In this document: one piece after another, positions 55,800-64,000 of the stretch
How positions within the stretch are numbered: the stretch's first letter is position 1
How the letters are laid out: the number at the start of each line of letters is the position of its first letter
NCBI RefSeq assembly: GCF_000026545.1
Contig: NC_011601.1
Origin: Escherichia coli O127:H6 str. E2348/69
GTDB taxonomy: Bacteria; Pseudomonadota; Gammaproteobacteria; Enterobacterales; Enterobacteriaceae
Length of the DNA: 64,000 bases
Strand: one strand, 5' to 3'
Translations under genes and position numbers: made by a program
Notes under the pieces: generated by a model
Seen by the model: only the letters and a program-made list of their open reading frames with translations
What the model was told of the DNA's origin: nothing
Database searches by the model: none

Positions 55800-57407
55800 T
55801 CAATGTGCCTTGATATACAACTCTTTGCTGTAGACATAATCCTGGGGATTATGCAGCGGAAAACCGCCAACGTAGGGTTTAAGCAGTTTGATTAACGGCT
55901 GATAGTAGATGGGAATCAGCGGTGCCTGCTGGTTGATGATCACTTCTGCCTGCTGATACAACGCATTACGCTTTGTCGCATCAGTGATCTGCGTGGCCTG
56001 GTTTAGTAAGGCGTCATACTGCGCATTTTTCCAGTGACCGACGTTTTCTTCACTATCGCTTTTGAGCGTGTTCAGAAAGCTGGAGGCATCATTGTACGTC
56101 GCATCCCACGACTGCCGAGACAGCATGAAATCACCGGCTCGTCGGGCATCAAGATAGGTTTTCCACTCCATTGCGCGCAGCGTCACCTGTGCACCCAGCC
56201 ATTTTTTCCATTCGGAAGACAACGCTATCGCGGTCTTTTCATGCAGATCGTACTTGTTGTAGAACAGCTCAAAGCGTAGCGGATGAGAGGCGTCGTATCC
56301 CGTCTGTTTGAGCAAGACTTTTGCCATCGCGACGCGCTCACTCATTGGCTTTTGCAGTTCATCGAACGTCGTCGCGCTAAAGCCTTTTACCTCTGGCGGC
56401 GTCAGCGTGGTTGCGGGCGTTCTCAACCCCAGTACCTTTTGCGCAATAAGCTGTCGATCAACCGTAAGATATAGCGCCCGACGCACCCGCACATCGTTAA
56501 ATGGCGGTTTCTCAAGGTTAAAGTTGTAATATTCGCTGTTCAGACGCGGGATAATTCGTAGCTCGCCAGGCAGTGATTTTTCAATGGCGGGAATTTGCTG
56601 CGCCGGAACCCAGGTGAGATCGACCTCTCCCGCGCGATAGCGGTTATAGCCGGTGACCGAATTATCCAGCGCCAGATACTCAACCTGTTGCAATACTGTA
56701 TGTTGCGCATCGCGGTACTTTGGATTTTTGCGTGCAGTAATCTTTTCGTTAACTACCCATTTATCAAGCACAAAGGCACCGTTGTAAACCATGTTCTCTG
56801 GCTTACTCCAGCTATCGCCATGTTTAGCGATGACATGATGAGGAACCGGGAACAGCGTCGGCCAGGCGAGCATCGTCGTGAACCAAGGAACTGGCTGCTC
56901 AAGCGTAACTTCAAGAGTACGATCATCCGTCGCTTTGACACCCAGCGATGTAACATCTGCTTTACCCGCAACAATAGCCGCGGCATTGTTAATGTGCGCC
57001 TGTGCCAGATAGCCAGCAAAAGGGCTTGCCGTTTTCGGGTCAACCGCGCGCTGCCAGCCGAGGACAAAATCCTCTGCCGTCAGAGGCTGACCGTCTGACC
57101 ACTGCAAACCGCTACGCAGATGGAAAATATAGCGCTTGCCGCCGTCAAGTATCTCCCAGCGTTCAGCCTGAGCGGGCTGCACCTGGCCTTCACCGTCCAT
57201 CCATACCAGACCTTCAAACAGATCCAGCACAATCTGCGCGGCAGTATTCTCCTCTACCTTTTGCGGGTCGAGCGTGCCTGGGTCGCTATGATTGTTGTAA
57301 CGAAAGACTTGTTGCGGGGCGAGCGGTGTGTTGGCGGGAACGTCAGCAGCGTAGAGAGGAGCCGCACTTACCAGGCTGACCAGCCATAATAAATTTCGCG
57401 TATACAT
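55800..57407 (-). CDS. ygiS: Periplasmic solute-binding protein YgiS (oligopeptide/bile-acid-binding family)
   Basis: Start placed at MYTRNLLWLVSLVSAAPLYA (signal peptide), giving 535 aa. Confidence 0.9.
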   Translation of the reverse strand: MYTRNLLWLVSLVSAAPLYAADVPANTPLAPQQVFRYNNHSDPGTLDPQKVEENTAAQIVLDLFEGLVWMDGEGQVQPAQAERWEILDGGKRYIFHLRSGLQWSDGQPLTAEDFVLGWQRAVDPKTASPFAGYLAQAHINNAAAIVAGKADVTSLGVKATDDRTLEVTLEQPVPWFTTMLAWPTLFPVPHHVIAKHGDSWSKPENMVYNGAFVLDKWVVNEKITARKNPKYRDAQHTVLQQVEYLALDNSVTGYNRYRAGEVDLTWVPAQQIPAIEKSLPGELRIIPRLNSEYYNFNLEKPPFNDVRVRRALYLTVDRQLIAQKVLGLRTPATTLTPPEVKGFSATTFDELQKPMSERVAMAKVLLKQTGYDASHPLRFELFYNKYDLHEKTAIALSSEWKKWLGAQVTLRAMEWKTYLDARRAGDFMLSRQSWDATYNDASSFLNTLKSDSEENVGHWKNAQYDALLNQATQITDATKRNALYQQAEVIINQQAPLIPIYYQPLIKLLKPYVGGFPLHNPQDYVYSKELYIKAH

Positions 57408-57515
57408 GGTATTCCTTACCGGAGAAATTATAAGCCCGACAACAATACGCCTGTGGCATTGTTTGCTCAAACTTATCGCGAGTGATTTGGCTCACACTCC
57501 GGTAAAGATTCCCCA

Positions 57516-57998
57516 TCACGCCAACGGCACATAAATATCCGTTTCCAGTCGCCGCTCTGTCATCCCTTCGGCAAGATTGGTGTAGTGAAACAGGATCGGG
57601 GCTTTGCGCATTTTTTCGCCGCTTGCAGGTAGCCAGTGGCGAATGATGCCCCATATCGTGTGTGAAATATCGTCCAGCTCGCCAACATGGCGGGCAACAG
57701 CATAACGCCCACCGGTAAGTTCGCCATTACTCACGCCATAACGATTATCGGGAACAGGTTCGCTAACGCTGCCGCAGATATCAAAGCGAAACGCTTCCGG
57801 TGCGGTGGTGGCTGGGTCGTCCCAGGCGACGCCAAAAGTCTGGCTTTGGTTAACAGGAGAAAGCCCCGTCTCTTTACGCCACATGATAAATTTCGCCACG
57901 CTGTAGTTGAGCAACTCAGGGCTACAGCGGTGCGGCAACATCGCCACAGGGATTGATGGGAAATCGATAATATTTACATCCAGTGTCAGGTTTGTCAT
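57516..57998 (-). CDS. ygiV: GyrI-like domain transcriptional regulator YgiV
   Basis: 160-aa ORF recognised as YgiV; lies directly after ygiS with no intervening mqsRA. Confidence 0.85.
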   Translation of the reverse strand: MTNLTLDVNIIDFPSIPVAMLPHRCSPELLNYSVAKFIMWRKETGLSPVNQSQTFGVAWDDPATTAPEAFRFDICGSVSEPVPDNRYGVSNGELTGGRYAVARHVGELDDISHTIWGIIRHWLPASGEKMRKAPILFHYTNLAEGMTERRLETDIYVPLA

Positions 57999-58050
57999 TT
58001 TGCCTCCCTGCGAAATTATTCCCGGGAACGCGTCCCGGGAGCGGTAACAA

Positions 58051-58443
58051 TTACGGATTTACTTTGCGGATCTGTTTGACGTCAATTTCAACAGAGTTCC
58101 AGTCTTTATCGACTTCCCCCTGAATCTCAACCGTATCTTTCGGCGTCACCGTCACGCCGTTCCAGCGTTTGTGGTCGATATCAACATTGATAGTACCGCT
58201 GGCATCTTTGAACACGTAGAGATCGTCAGAGGTGCGTTCAACGATATTGCCGCGTAGGGTTACCCAGGTGTCGTCACGCAGGGATTTTGCGCTTTCTACG
58301 GTCGTTACGCTGCCGTTCGGCCCCTGGAATCCTCCGGCCTGACTTTGCGTTGCCGATGGGCCAGAAAAACCTCCCTGCTCTGCTGCCATAACCGGTGTAC
58401 TGCACAGGGCCATTACTGCGATTACTGCTGCGAATTTTTTCAT
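58051..58443 (-). CDS. ygiW: Periplasmic OB-fold (BOF) stress protein YgiW/VisP
   Basis: Start placed at MKKFAAVIAVMALCSTPVMA (signal peptide), giving 130 aa. Confidence 0.9.
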   Translation of the reverse strand: MKKFAAVIAVMALCSTPVMAAEQGGFSGPSATQSQAGGFQGPNGSVTTVESAKSLRDDTWVTLRGNIVERTSDDLYVFKDASGTINVDIDHKRWNGVTVTPKDTVEIQGEVDKDWNSVEIDVKQIRKVNP

Positions 58444-58594
58444 GTTTATTACTCCCTTTAATGTCTGTTTCCGAGCATTTAACAAGATAGTCCTTAACAA
58501 CTTCTTAAGGGAAAAAAATAAAATTTAATGCTGTACAGAGCGCGTTACAACACGGTTTACTGGCAGCAAATACGGTTATCGCAGGGATGAAAAA

Positions 58595-59254
58595 ATGCGA
58601 ATTTTACTGATAGAAGATGACATGCTGATTGGCGACGGCATCAAAACGGGCCTTAGTAAAATGGGTTTTAGCATCGACTGGTTTACACAAGGTCGTCAGG
58701 GAAAAGAGGCGCTATATAGCGCGCCTTATGATGCGGTGATCCTAGATTTAACCTTACCAGGCATGGATGGTCGCGATATTTTGCGCGAATGGCGAGAAAA
58801 AGGTCAGCGTGAGCCGGTACTGATCCTGACCGCGCGCGATGCGCTGGCGGAACGTGTAGAAGGGCTGCGTCTGGGAGCTGACGATTATCTGTGTAAACCT
58901 TTTGCGTTGATAGAAGTCGCCGCCAGGCTGGAAGCTCTGATGCGCCGAACCAACGGCCAGGCCAGCAACGAGCTGCGCCACGGCAACGTCATGCTCGACC
59001 CCGGCAAACGTATCGCCACGCTGGCTGGCGAACCCTTAACGCTGAAACCAAAAGAATTTGCCCTGCTGGAATTGCTGATGCGTAACGCTGGTCGGGTACT
59101 GCCGCGCAAACTGATTGAAGAGAAACTGTATACCTGGGACGAAGAGGTCACCAGTAATGCCGTTGAAGTGCATGTGCATCATCTGCGACGCAAACTCGGC
59201 AGTGATTTTATTCGTACCGTTCATGGTATTGGCTACACATTAGGTGAGAAATGA
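58595..59254 (+). CDS. qseB: Two-component response regulator QseB (OmpR family)
   Basis: 219-aa ORF with receiver domain (phospho-acceptor Asp in [12 protein letters not shown]) and winged-helix output domain. Confidence 0.95.
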   Translation: MRILLIEDDMLIGDGIKTGLSKMGFSIDWFTQGRQGKEALYSAPYDAVILDLTLPGMDGRDILREWREKGQREPVLILTARDALAERVEGLRLGADDYLCKPFALIEVAARLEALMRRTNGQASNELRHGNVMLDPGKRIATLAGEPLTLKPKEFALLELLMRNAGRVLPRKLIEEKLYTWDEEVTSNAVEVHVHHLRRKLGSDFIRTVHGIGYTLGEK

Positions 59255-60600
59255 AATTTACCCAACGTCTTAGTCTGCGAGTCAGGCTGACGCTAATCTT
59301 TTTAATTCTGGCCTCAGTGACCTGGCTGCTTTCCAGCTTTGTCGCCTGGAAACAAACAACGGATAACGTCGATGAGTTGTTCGACACCCAACTGATGCTG
59401 TTTGCCAAGCGGTTAAGTACGCTCGATCTCAACGAAATCAATGCGGCAGATCGCATGGCACAGACGCCAAATAAATTAAAACACGGTCATGTTGATGACG
59501 ATGCGCTGACCTTTGCCATCTTTACCCACGACGGCAGAATGGTCCTTAACGATGGCGATAACGGAGAAGATATTCCCTATAGCTATCAACGGGAAGGTTT
59601 TGCTAACGGGCAACTGGTCGGTGAAGACGATCCCTGGCGTTTTGTCTGGATGACCTCACCTGATGGCAAATATCGCATCGTTGTTGGTCAGGAATGGGAA
59701 TACCGCGAAGACATGGCGCTGGCGATTGTTGCCAGGCAATTGATCCCGTGGCTTGTCGCACTGCCGATTATGTTAATCATCATGATGGTACTACTGGGTC
59801 GTGAACTCGCGCCGCTGAACAAACTGGCGCTGGCACTACGTATGCGTGACCCTGACTCGGAAAAACCACTAAACGCGACGGGCGTACCCAGCGAAGTGCG
59901 TCCACTGGTTGAGTCGTTGAATCAACTGTTCGCCCGCACACATGCGATGATGGTTCGTGAACGACGCTTTACCTCCGACGCAGCTCACGAACTACGTAGC
60001 CCGTTAACGGCGCTGAAAGTGCAAACCGAAGTTGCGCAGCTCTCTGACGATGATCAGCAGGCGCGGAAAAAAGCGCTGCTTCAATTACATTCCGGAATCG
60101 ATCGCGCTACTCGTCTGGTTGATCAACTGCTCACGCTATCGCGGCTGGACTCACTGGATAACCTTCAGGACGTCGCGGAGATCCCGCTTGAAGATCTCCT
60201 GCAATCGTCGGTGATGGATATTTACCACACGGCGCAGCAGGCGAAAATTGACGTGCGACTGACACTCAATGCCCACGGCATCAAACGTACCGGACAACCG
60301 CTATTGCTAAGTTTGTTGGTGCGAAATTTGCTGGATAACGCCGTGCGCTACAGTCCACAGGGCAGCGTGGTGGACGTCACGCTGAATGCCGATAATTTCA
60401 TCGTGAGGGATAACGGCCCCGGTGTGACACCAGAGGCACTGGCGAGAATTGGCGAACGCTTCTATCGCCCACCCGGACAAACCGCTACCGGCAGTGGACT
60501 TGGGCTATCAATTGTCCAGCGAATCGCCAAGCTGCATGGCATGAATGTTGAGTTTGGGAATGCGGAACAAGGTGGATTTGAGACGAAGGTAAGCTGGTAA
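59251..60600 (+). CDS. qseC: Sensor histidine kinase QseC
   Basis: 449-aa ORF; H-box ([12 protein letters not shown]) and ATPase G-boxes; start overlaps the qseB stop. Confidence 0.95.
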   Translation: MKFTQRLSLRVRLTLIFLILASVTWLLSSFVAWKQTTDNVDELFDTQLMLFAKRLSTLDLNEINAADRMAQTPNKLKHGHVDDDALTFAIFTHDGRMVLNDGDNGEDIPYSYQREGFANGQLVGEDDPWRFVWMTSPDGKYRIVVGQEWEYREDMALAIVARQLIPWLVALPIMLIIMMVLLGRELAPLNKLALALRMRDPDSEKPLNATGVPSEVRPLVESLNQLFARTHAMMVRERRFTSDAAHELRSPLTALKVQTEVAQLSDDDQQARKKALLQLHSGIDRATRLVDQLLTLSRLDSLDNLQDVAEIPLEDLLQSSVMDIYHTAQQAKIDVRLTLNAHGIKRTGQPLLLSLLVRNLLDNAVRYSPQGSVVDVTLNADNFIVRDNGPGVTPEALARIGERFYRPPGQTATGSGLGLSIVQRIAKLHGMNVEFGNAEQGGFETKVSW

Positions 60601-60709
60601 GGGTAAGATTTTTGCTAAATTCGCAAAAGACTTTGCACATTTTGCTAATTTCACCGTACCGCTCTGTGACGTACTATAGTCGGCAAACGTCTCACCTTGA
60701 GGTTAAAAA

Positions 60710-61291
60710 ATGAGCAACATCCTGATTATCAACGGCGCGAAAAAATTCGCCCACTCCAATGGTCAACTGAACGACACCCTGACCGAAGTCGCGGATGGCA
60801 CGTTGCGCGACCTCGGGCATGATGTCCGCATCGTTCGCGCCGACAGCGACTACGATGTCAAAGCGGAAGTACAAAACTTTCTCTGGGCTGATGTGGTGAT
60901 CTGGCAGATGCCAGGCTGGTGGATGGGCGCGCCGTGGACAGTGAAAAAATACATTGATGATGTATTCACCGAAGGTCACGGCACGCTGTACGCCAGCGAT
61001 GGTCGTACCCGCAAAGATCCGTCGAAAAAATACGGCTCCGGCGGCCTGGTACAGGGCAAAAAATATATGCTTTCTCTGACCTGGAACGCACCAATGGAAG
61101 CCTTCACCGAAAAAGATCAGTTCTTCCACGGCGTTGGCGTTGACGGTGTGTATCTGCCGTTCCATAAAGCAAACCAATTCCTTGGCATGGAACCGCTGCC
61201 GACATTTATCGCTAATGACGTGATAAAAATGCCTGATGTTCCCCGCTATACTGAAGAATATCGCAAGCATCTTGTGGAAATTTTTGGTTAA
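60710..61291 (+). CDS. mdaB: NADPH:quinone oxidoreductase MdaB
   Basis: 193-aa ORF recognised as MdaB (flavodoxin-like fold). Confidence 0.95.
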   Translation: MSNILIINGAKKFAHSNGQLNDTLTEVADGTLRDLGHDVRIVRADSDYDVKAEVQNFLWADVVIWQMPGWWMGAPWTVKKYIDDVFTEGHGTLYASDGRTRKDPSKKYGSGGLVQGKKYMLSLTWNAPMEAFTEKDQFFHGVGVDGVYLPFHKANQFLGMEPLPTFIANDVIKMPDVPRYTEEYRKHLVEIFG

Positions 61292-61321
61292 CTAGAGCTC
61301 AGGCTTTAGAAGGAGTTAACC

Positions 61322-61636
61322 ATGCTTACCGTAATCGCAGAAATCCGTACTCGTCCTGGTCAACATCACCGTCAGGCGGTATTGGATCAGTTTGCTAAAA
61401 TCGTTCCAACCGTACTGAAAGAAGAAGGTTGCCACGGCTATGCGCCAATGGTGGATTGCGCTGCTGGCGTGAGTTTCCAGTCTATGGCACCGGATTCTAT
61501 CGTGATGATTGAGCAGTGGGAAAGCATCGCGCATCTTGAAGCGCATCTGCAAACCCCGCACATGAAGGCGTACAGCGAAGCCGTAAAAGGTGACGTGCTG
61601 GAGATGAATATTCGTATCCTGCAGCCGGGGCTTTGA
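61322..61636 (+). CDS. ygiN: Quinol monooxygenase YgiN (ABM domain)
   Basis: 104-aa ORF recognised as YgiN. Confidence 0.9.
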   Translation: MLTVIAEIRTRPGQHHRQAVLDQFAKIVPTVLKEEGCHGYAPMVDCAAGVSFQSMAPDSIVMIEQWESIAHLEAHLQTPHMKAYSEAVKGDVLEMNIRILQPGL

Positions 61637-61680
61637 CATTTCTAAAAAGAGGCCGGTGCTGCTACCGGTCTCAGCCCAGA

Positions 61681-62568
61681 TTAGCCATTCTTTCTTCCCG
61701 TTTTCAGTCCTCGATGGAAATCGTTAATTCGCTTAATGGTTTTAACCGCACGCTGCGGCACTGCGGAAGCTACCGACCAGACAATCATTTCCAGACACAA
61801 CAATACCGTACCATGTAGCGGCGTTTTCCCTTTTTCATCCCCGCGCGGAACATGAATCACGATACTGGCGTCTTTGCTAAAACGTGAATCCAGCGCGTTT
61901 GTCAGCAAAATAACAGGGATCCCCAGCCGCCTCGCCTCACGAAGCGTTGTCAGCCCTTCCCGGTGCGCAGATTTTTGCGCCATCATGATCAGAACATCGC
62001 CACGTTGAAGCGCGATCAGTTGCTCGGCAAGGCCAATACCCGTACGGTTTAGTGCCGTGGCAGGCAAACCTATGCGGTTGAATAGTCGTGCGGTATAGTC
62101 CGCCAGGATACCCGAAGCGCCAATGCCAAAAATAGCGACTTGCCGTGCCTGCACCAACAACGCTACAGCTTGCGCAAGCGCGTGGCGGTTTTCAGGCTCT
62201 GACAGGACATTACAGGTATACAAATGCCCTTCAAGAACAAAGTCGATTGCGGTGTTAACATCGCTCGTCAAGTTACTCACCGTCGTAGACATCTTTTCGC
62301 TGGAACTAAGGGCTGGACCAAGCCACTGTTCCAGAGTGCGTTTCAGATCACGCAGCCCGGCAAACCCCAGGGCCTGTATAGCCCTGATAACTGTGGCATC
62401 GGAAGTGTTCAACGTGGCCGCAATTTCCATCGCCGTTTGCTCGAGTACCACTTCACGATGCTCATTAATGTAGCTGGCGACAGCTCTTAACCCAGGCGTT
62501 AACTGACTCGCGCGAGTGCGAAAACGCTCACCAAAAATATCAACCCGCGCTTTATCTTTCTGGATCAT
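61681..62568 (-). CDS. RpiR/MurR-family transcriptional regulator (HTH + SIS domain)
   Basis: 295-aa ORF with N-terminal HTH_6-type region and C-terminal sugar-isomerase (SIS)-like phosphosugar-binding domain; accessory relative to K-12 as I remember it. Confidence 0.7.
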   Translation of the reverse strand: MIQKDKARVDIFGERFRTRASQLTPGLRAVASYINEHREVVLEQTAMEIAATLNTSDATVIRAIQALGFAGLRDLKRTLEQWLGPALSSSEKMSTTVSNLTSDVNTAIDFVLEGHLYTCNVLSEPENRHALAQAVALLVQARQVAIFGIGASGILADYTARLFNRIGLPATALNRTGIGLAEQLIALQRGDVLIMMAQKSAHREGLTTLREARRLGIPVILLTNALDSRFSKDASIVIHVPRGDEKGKTPLHGTVLLCLEMIVWSVASAVPQRAVKTIKRINDFHRGLKTGRKNG

Positions 62569-63512
62569 TTAGCCTCCGGTAGAGGTCGCCCTGCAATTTG
62601 TGATTGTATCTGCGCAGCCATCAGCCCCAGTGATGCAAAGGAGTTAGAAATTGCCTCTTCACGAGAAATCAGCACATAACGCCCGGAACGACAGGCAGTC
62701 AGAAACTGACACCATCCCGGCATGACTTTTTCCATTGCTGCCAGCTCATCCTGAGGTTTACCACCGGTGTCACCGCGCCAGGTTGCAAAAACAAAATCGG
62801 CATCCAGTTCAGGTAAACGCTCCGCGCTCACATCCATTCGCCCACCTTCAGGAATGCTCTCAATCAGCGGCGGAAAACGAAAACCAGCATCGCGTAATAC
62901 CCGCCCCAGCGAATGATAGCTATGCATCACATTAATTTTTCCCTGGTTTGCCTGAATCACCGATACCGTTATTTTTTGGCTGTCCAGCGTCGCCTTCAGC
63001 GCATTGATTTGTGCCTGATAGCGGCGTTCAAGTATCGCCAGCTGCGACTGCGTTCCTGTAAGTTCTGCCAGCTTGCGATAGATTTCTGGCGCGCCCCCTT
63101 TGAGATGATCAATGCTCACCGTGGGCGCAATTTTTTCAAGTTGTTCAATGGGCGTATTACGGGTCGGTTCTGTGATGATCAAGTCAGGCTTTGCCGCCAC
63201 AATCGCTTCAATATCAATATCAGCGGTACCAATAAAGGCGATCGATGAATTATCAAAGTCGACACCTGTCAATAACGCGCCAGATCGAATGAAATGGCTA
63301 CCGTCAGGCCGAGTTCGCCCGTGGCTGGCGACAGGAGGTACACCGAGCTCAATCAGAGGAATAGTGATATCAAGATCGTGTAAAGAGACAATTCTCTTTG
63401 GATGAGCAGGAACAGTGACTTTGCGCCCTAAATCATCAGTAAATACCTGAACAGGTTCTGTTGCACGGGAAAAAAATGACAACAGTATCAGCAGAGAAAA
63501 AAATAAACGCAT
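62565..63512 (-). CDS. ABC transporter periplasmic binding protein (class III, iron-siderophore/hemin/B12 type)
   Basis: Start placed at MRLFFSLLILLSFFSRA (signal peptide); overall resemblance to FecB/BtuF-type binding proteins; adjacent to a FecCD-type permease. Confidence 0.65.
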   Translation of the reverse strand: MRLFFSLLILLSFFSRATEPVQVFTDDLGRKVTVPAHPKRIVSLHDLDITIPLIELGVPPVASHGRTRPDGSHFIRSGALLTGVDFDNSSIAFIGTADIDIEAIVAAKPDLIITEPTRNTPIEQLEKIAPTVSIDHLKGGAPEIYRKLAELTGTQSQLAILERRYQAQINALKATLDSQKITVSVIQANQGKINVMHSYHSLGRVLRDAGFRFPPLIESIPEGGRMDVSAERLPELDADFVFATWRGDTGGKPQDELAAMEKVMPGWCQFLTACRSGRYVLISREEAISNSFASLGLMAAQIQSQIAGRPLPEAK

Positions 63513-63522
63513 ATAACTCCCG

Positions 63523-64000
63523 TTAAAAACTGTTCCTGCGCTGCCAGAGCAGTAGCAAAAAAAATGGTCCACCAATCAGTGAGATAATGATTCCGGCAGG
63601 CAGTTGCAAAGGCAAAAAAGCCAAACGACCAATGCTATCCGCCAGAATAACTAACAACGCCCCCGATACCGCGCTCCCCAGCAGTAATGTCGTCTGCCCG
63701 CCACGTAGAATAAAACGTGATATATGGGGTGCTATCAATCCGACAAAACCGATGTTACCAACACACGAAACGCAGACGGCTGTCAGGATTATGGGTGCGG
63801 CGACACGTAACAACGCCAGACGAGAACTATTCACCCCTAACCCGGTTGCAACCTGATGACCAAGCAGAGCGATATCCGCCGTCCTGGCGGTGAACAGCAA
63901 TAAAAGAGCGGCTGGCAACATCCAACAGGCTGAAATACCGACTAACATCCAGTTAGCTGCATGCAGGCTTCCCGATAACCACATCAATGCAGTTTGTACA
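63523..64000 (-). CDS. ABC transporter permease, FecCD family (C-terminal part; gene continues beyond window end)
   Basis: Hydrophobic ORF with FecCD/BtuC-like C-terminal segment (…GGPFFLLLLWQRR); N-terminus lies outside the window. Confidence 0.65.
   Translation of the reverse strand, partial: VQTALMWLSGSLHAANWMLVGISACWMLPAALLLLFTARTADIALLGHQVATGLGVNSSRLALLRVAAPIILTAVCVSCVGNIGFVGLIAPHISRFILRGGQTTLLLGSAVSGALLVILADSIGRLAFLPLQLPAGIIISLIGGPFFLLLLWQRRNSF

Overview
This window is an Escherichia coli chromosomal segment matching the K-12 glc–hyb–exbBD–metC–ygiQ–parC–qseBC neighbourhood, but it is not K-12-like in several places. Core genes recognised from their translated sequences: glcE (start only), glcD, glcC, yghO, yghQRST, pitB, gss, yghU, hybGFEDCBAO, yghW, yghX, yghZ (split by an IS150-type insertion sequence), yqhA, yghA, exbD, exbB, metC, yghB, yqhC, yqhD, dkgA, yqhG, yqhH, ygiQ, ftsP, plsC, parC, ygiS, ygiV, ygiW, qseB, qseC, mdaB, ygiN. 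Accessory content: (1) an approximately 13 kb lipid-type biosynthesis and export island between yghO and yghT; (2) an IS150-like element with a 3-bp TGG target duplication inside yghZ; (3) a GntR-regulated sugar-acid dehydrogenase plus TRAP transporter island between ygiQ and ftsP; (4) an RpiR regulator plus binding-protein-dependent ABC importer after ygiN, running off the window end. The most interesting candidate is island 1: a fatty acyl-AMP ligase, an NAD(P)-dependent reductase, an acyl carrier protein and a serine-palmitoyltransferase-like alpha-oxoamine synthase, flanked by yghO, an LptF/LptG-like permease pair, the YghQ flippase-like protein and three paralogous P-loop kinase-like proteins (YghR/S/T). 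This gene set parallels the bacterial ceramide pathway (Spt, ACP, acyl-ACP synthetase, CerR, bCerS) and may encode an uncharacterised sphingolipid-like or aminolipid system in E. coli. All calls are from reading the sequence and the ORF track; no database search was run, and all comparisons with K-12 are from memory.
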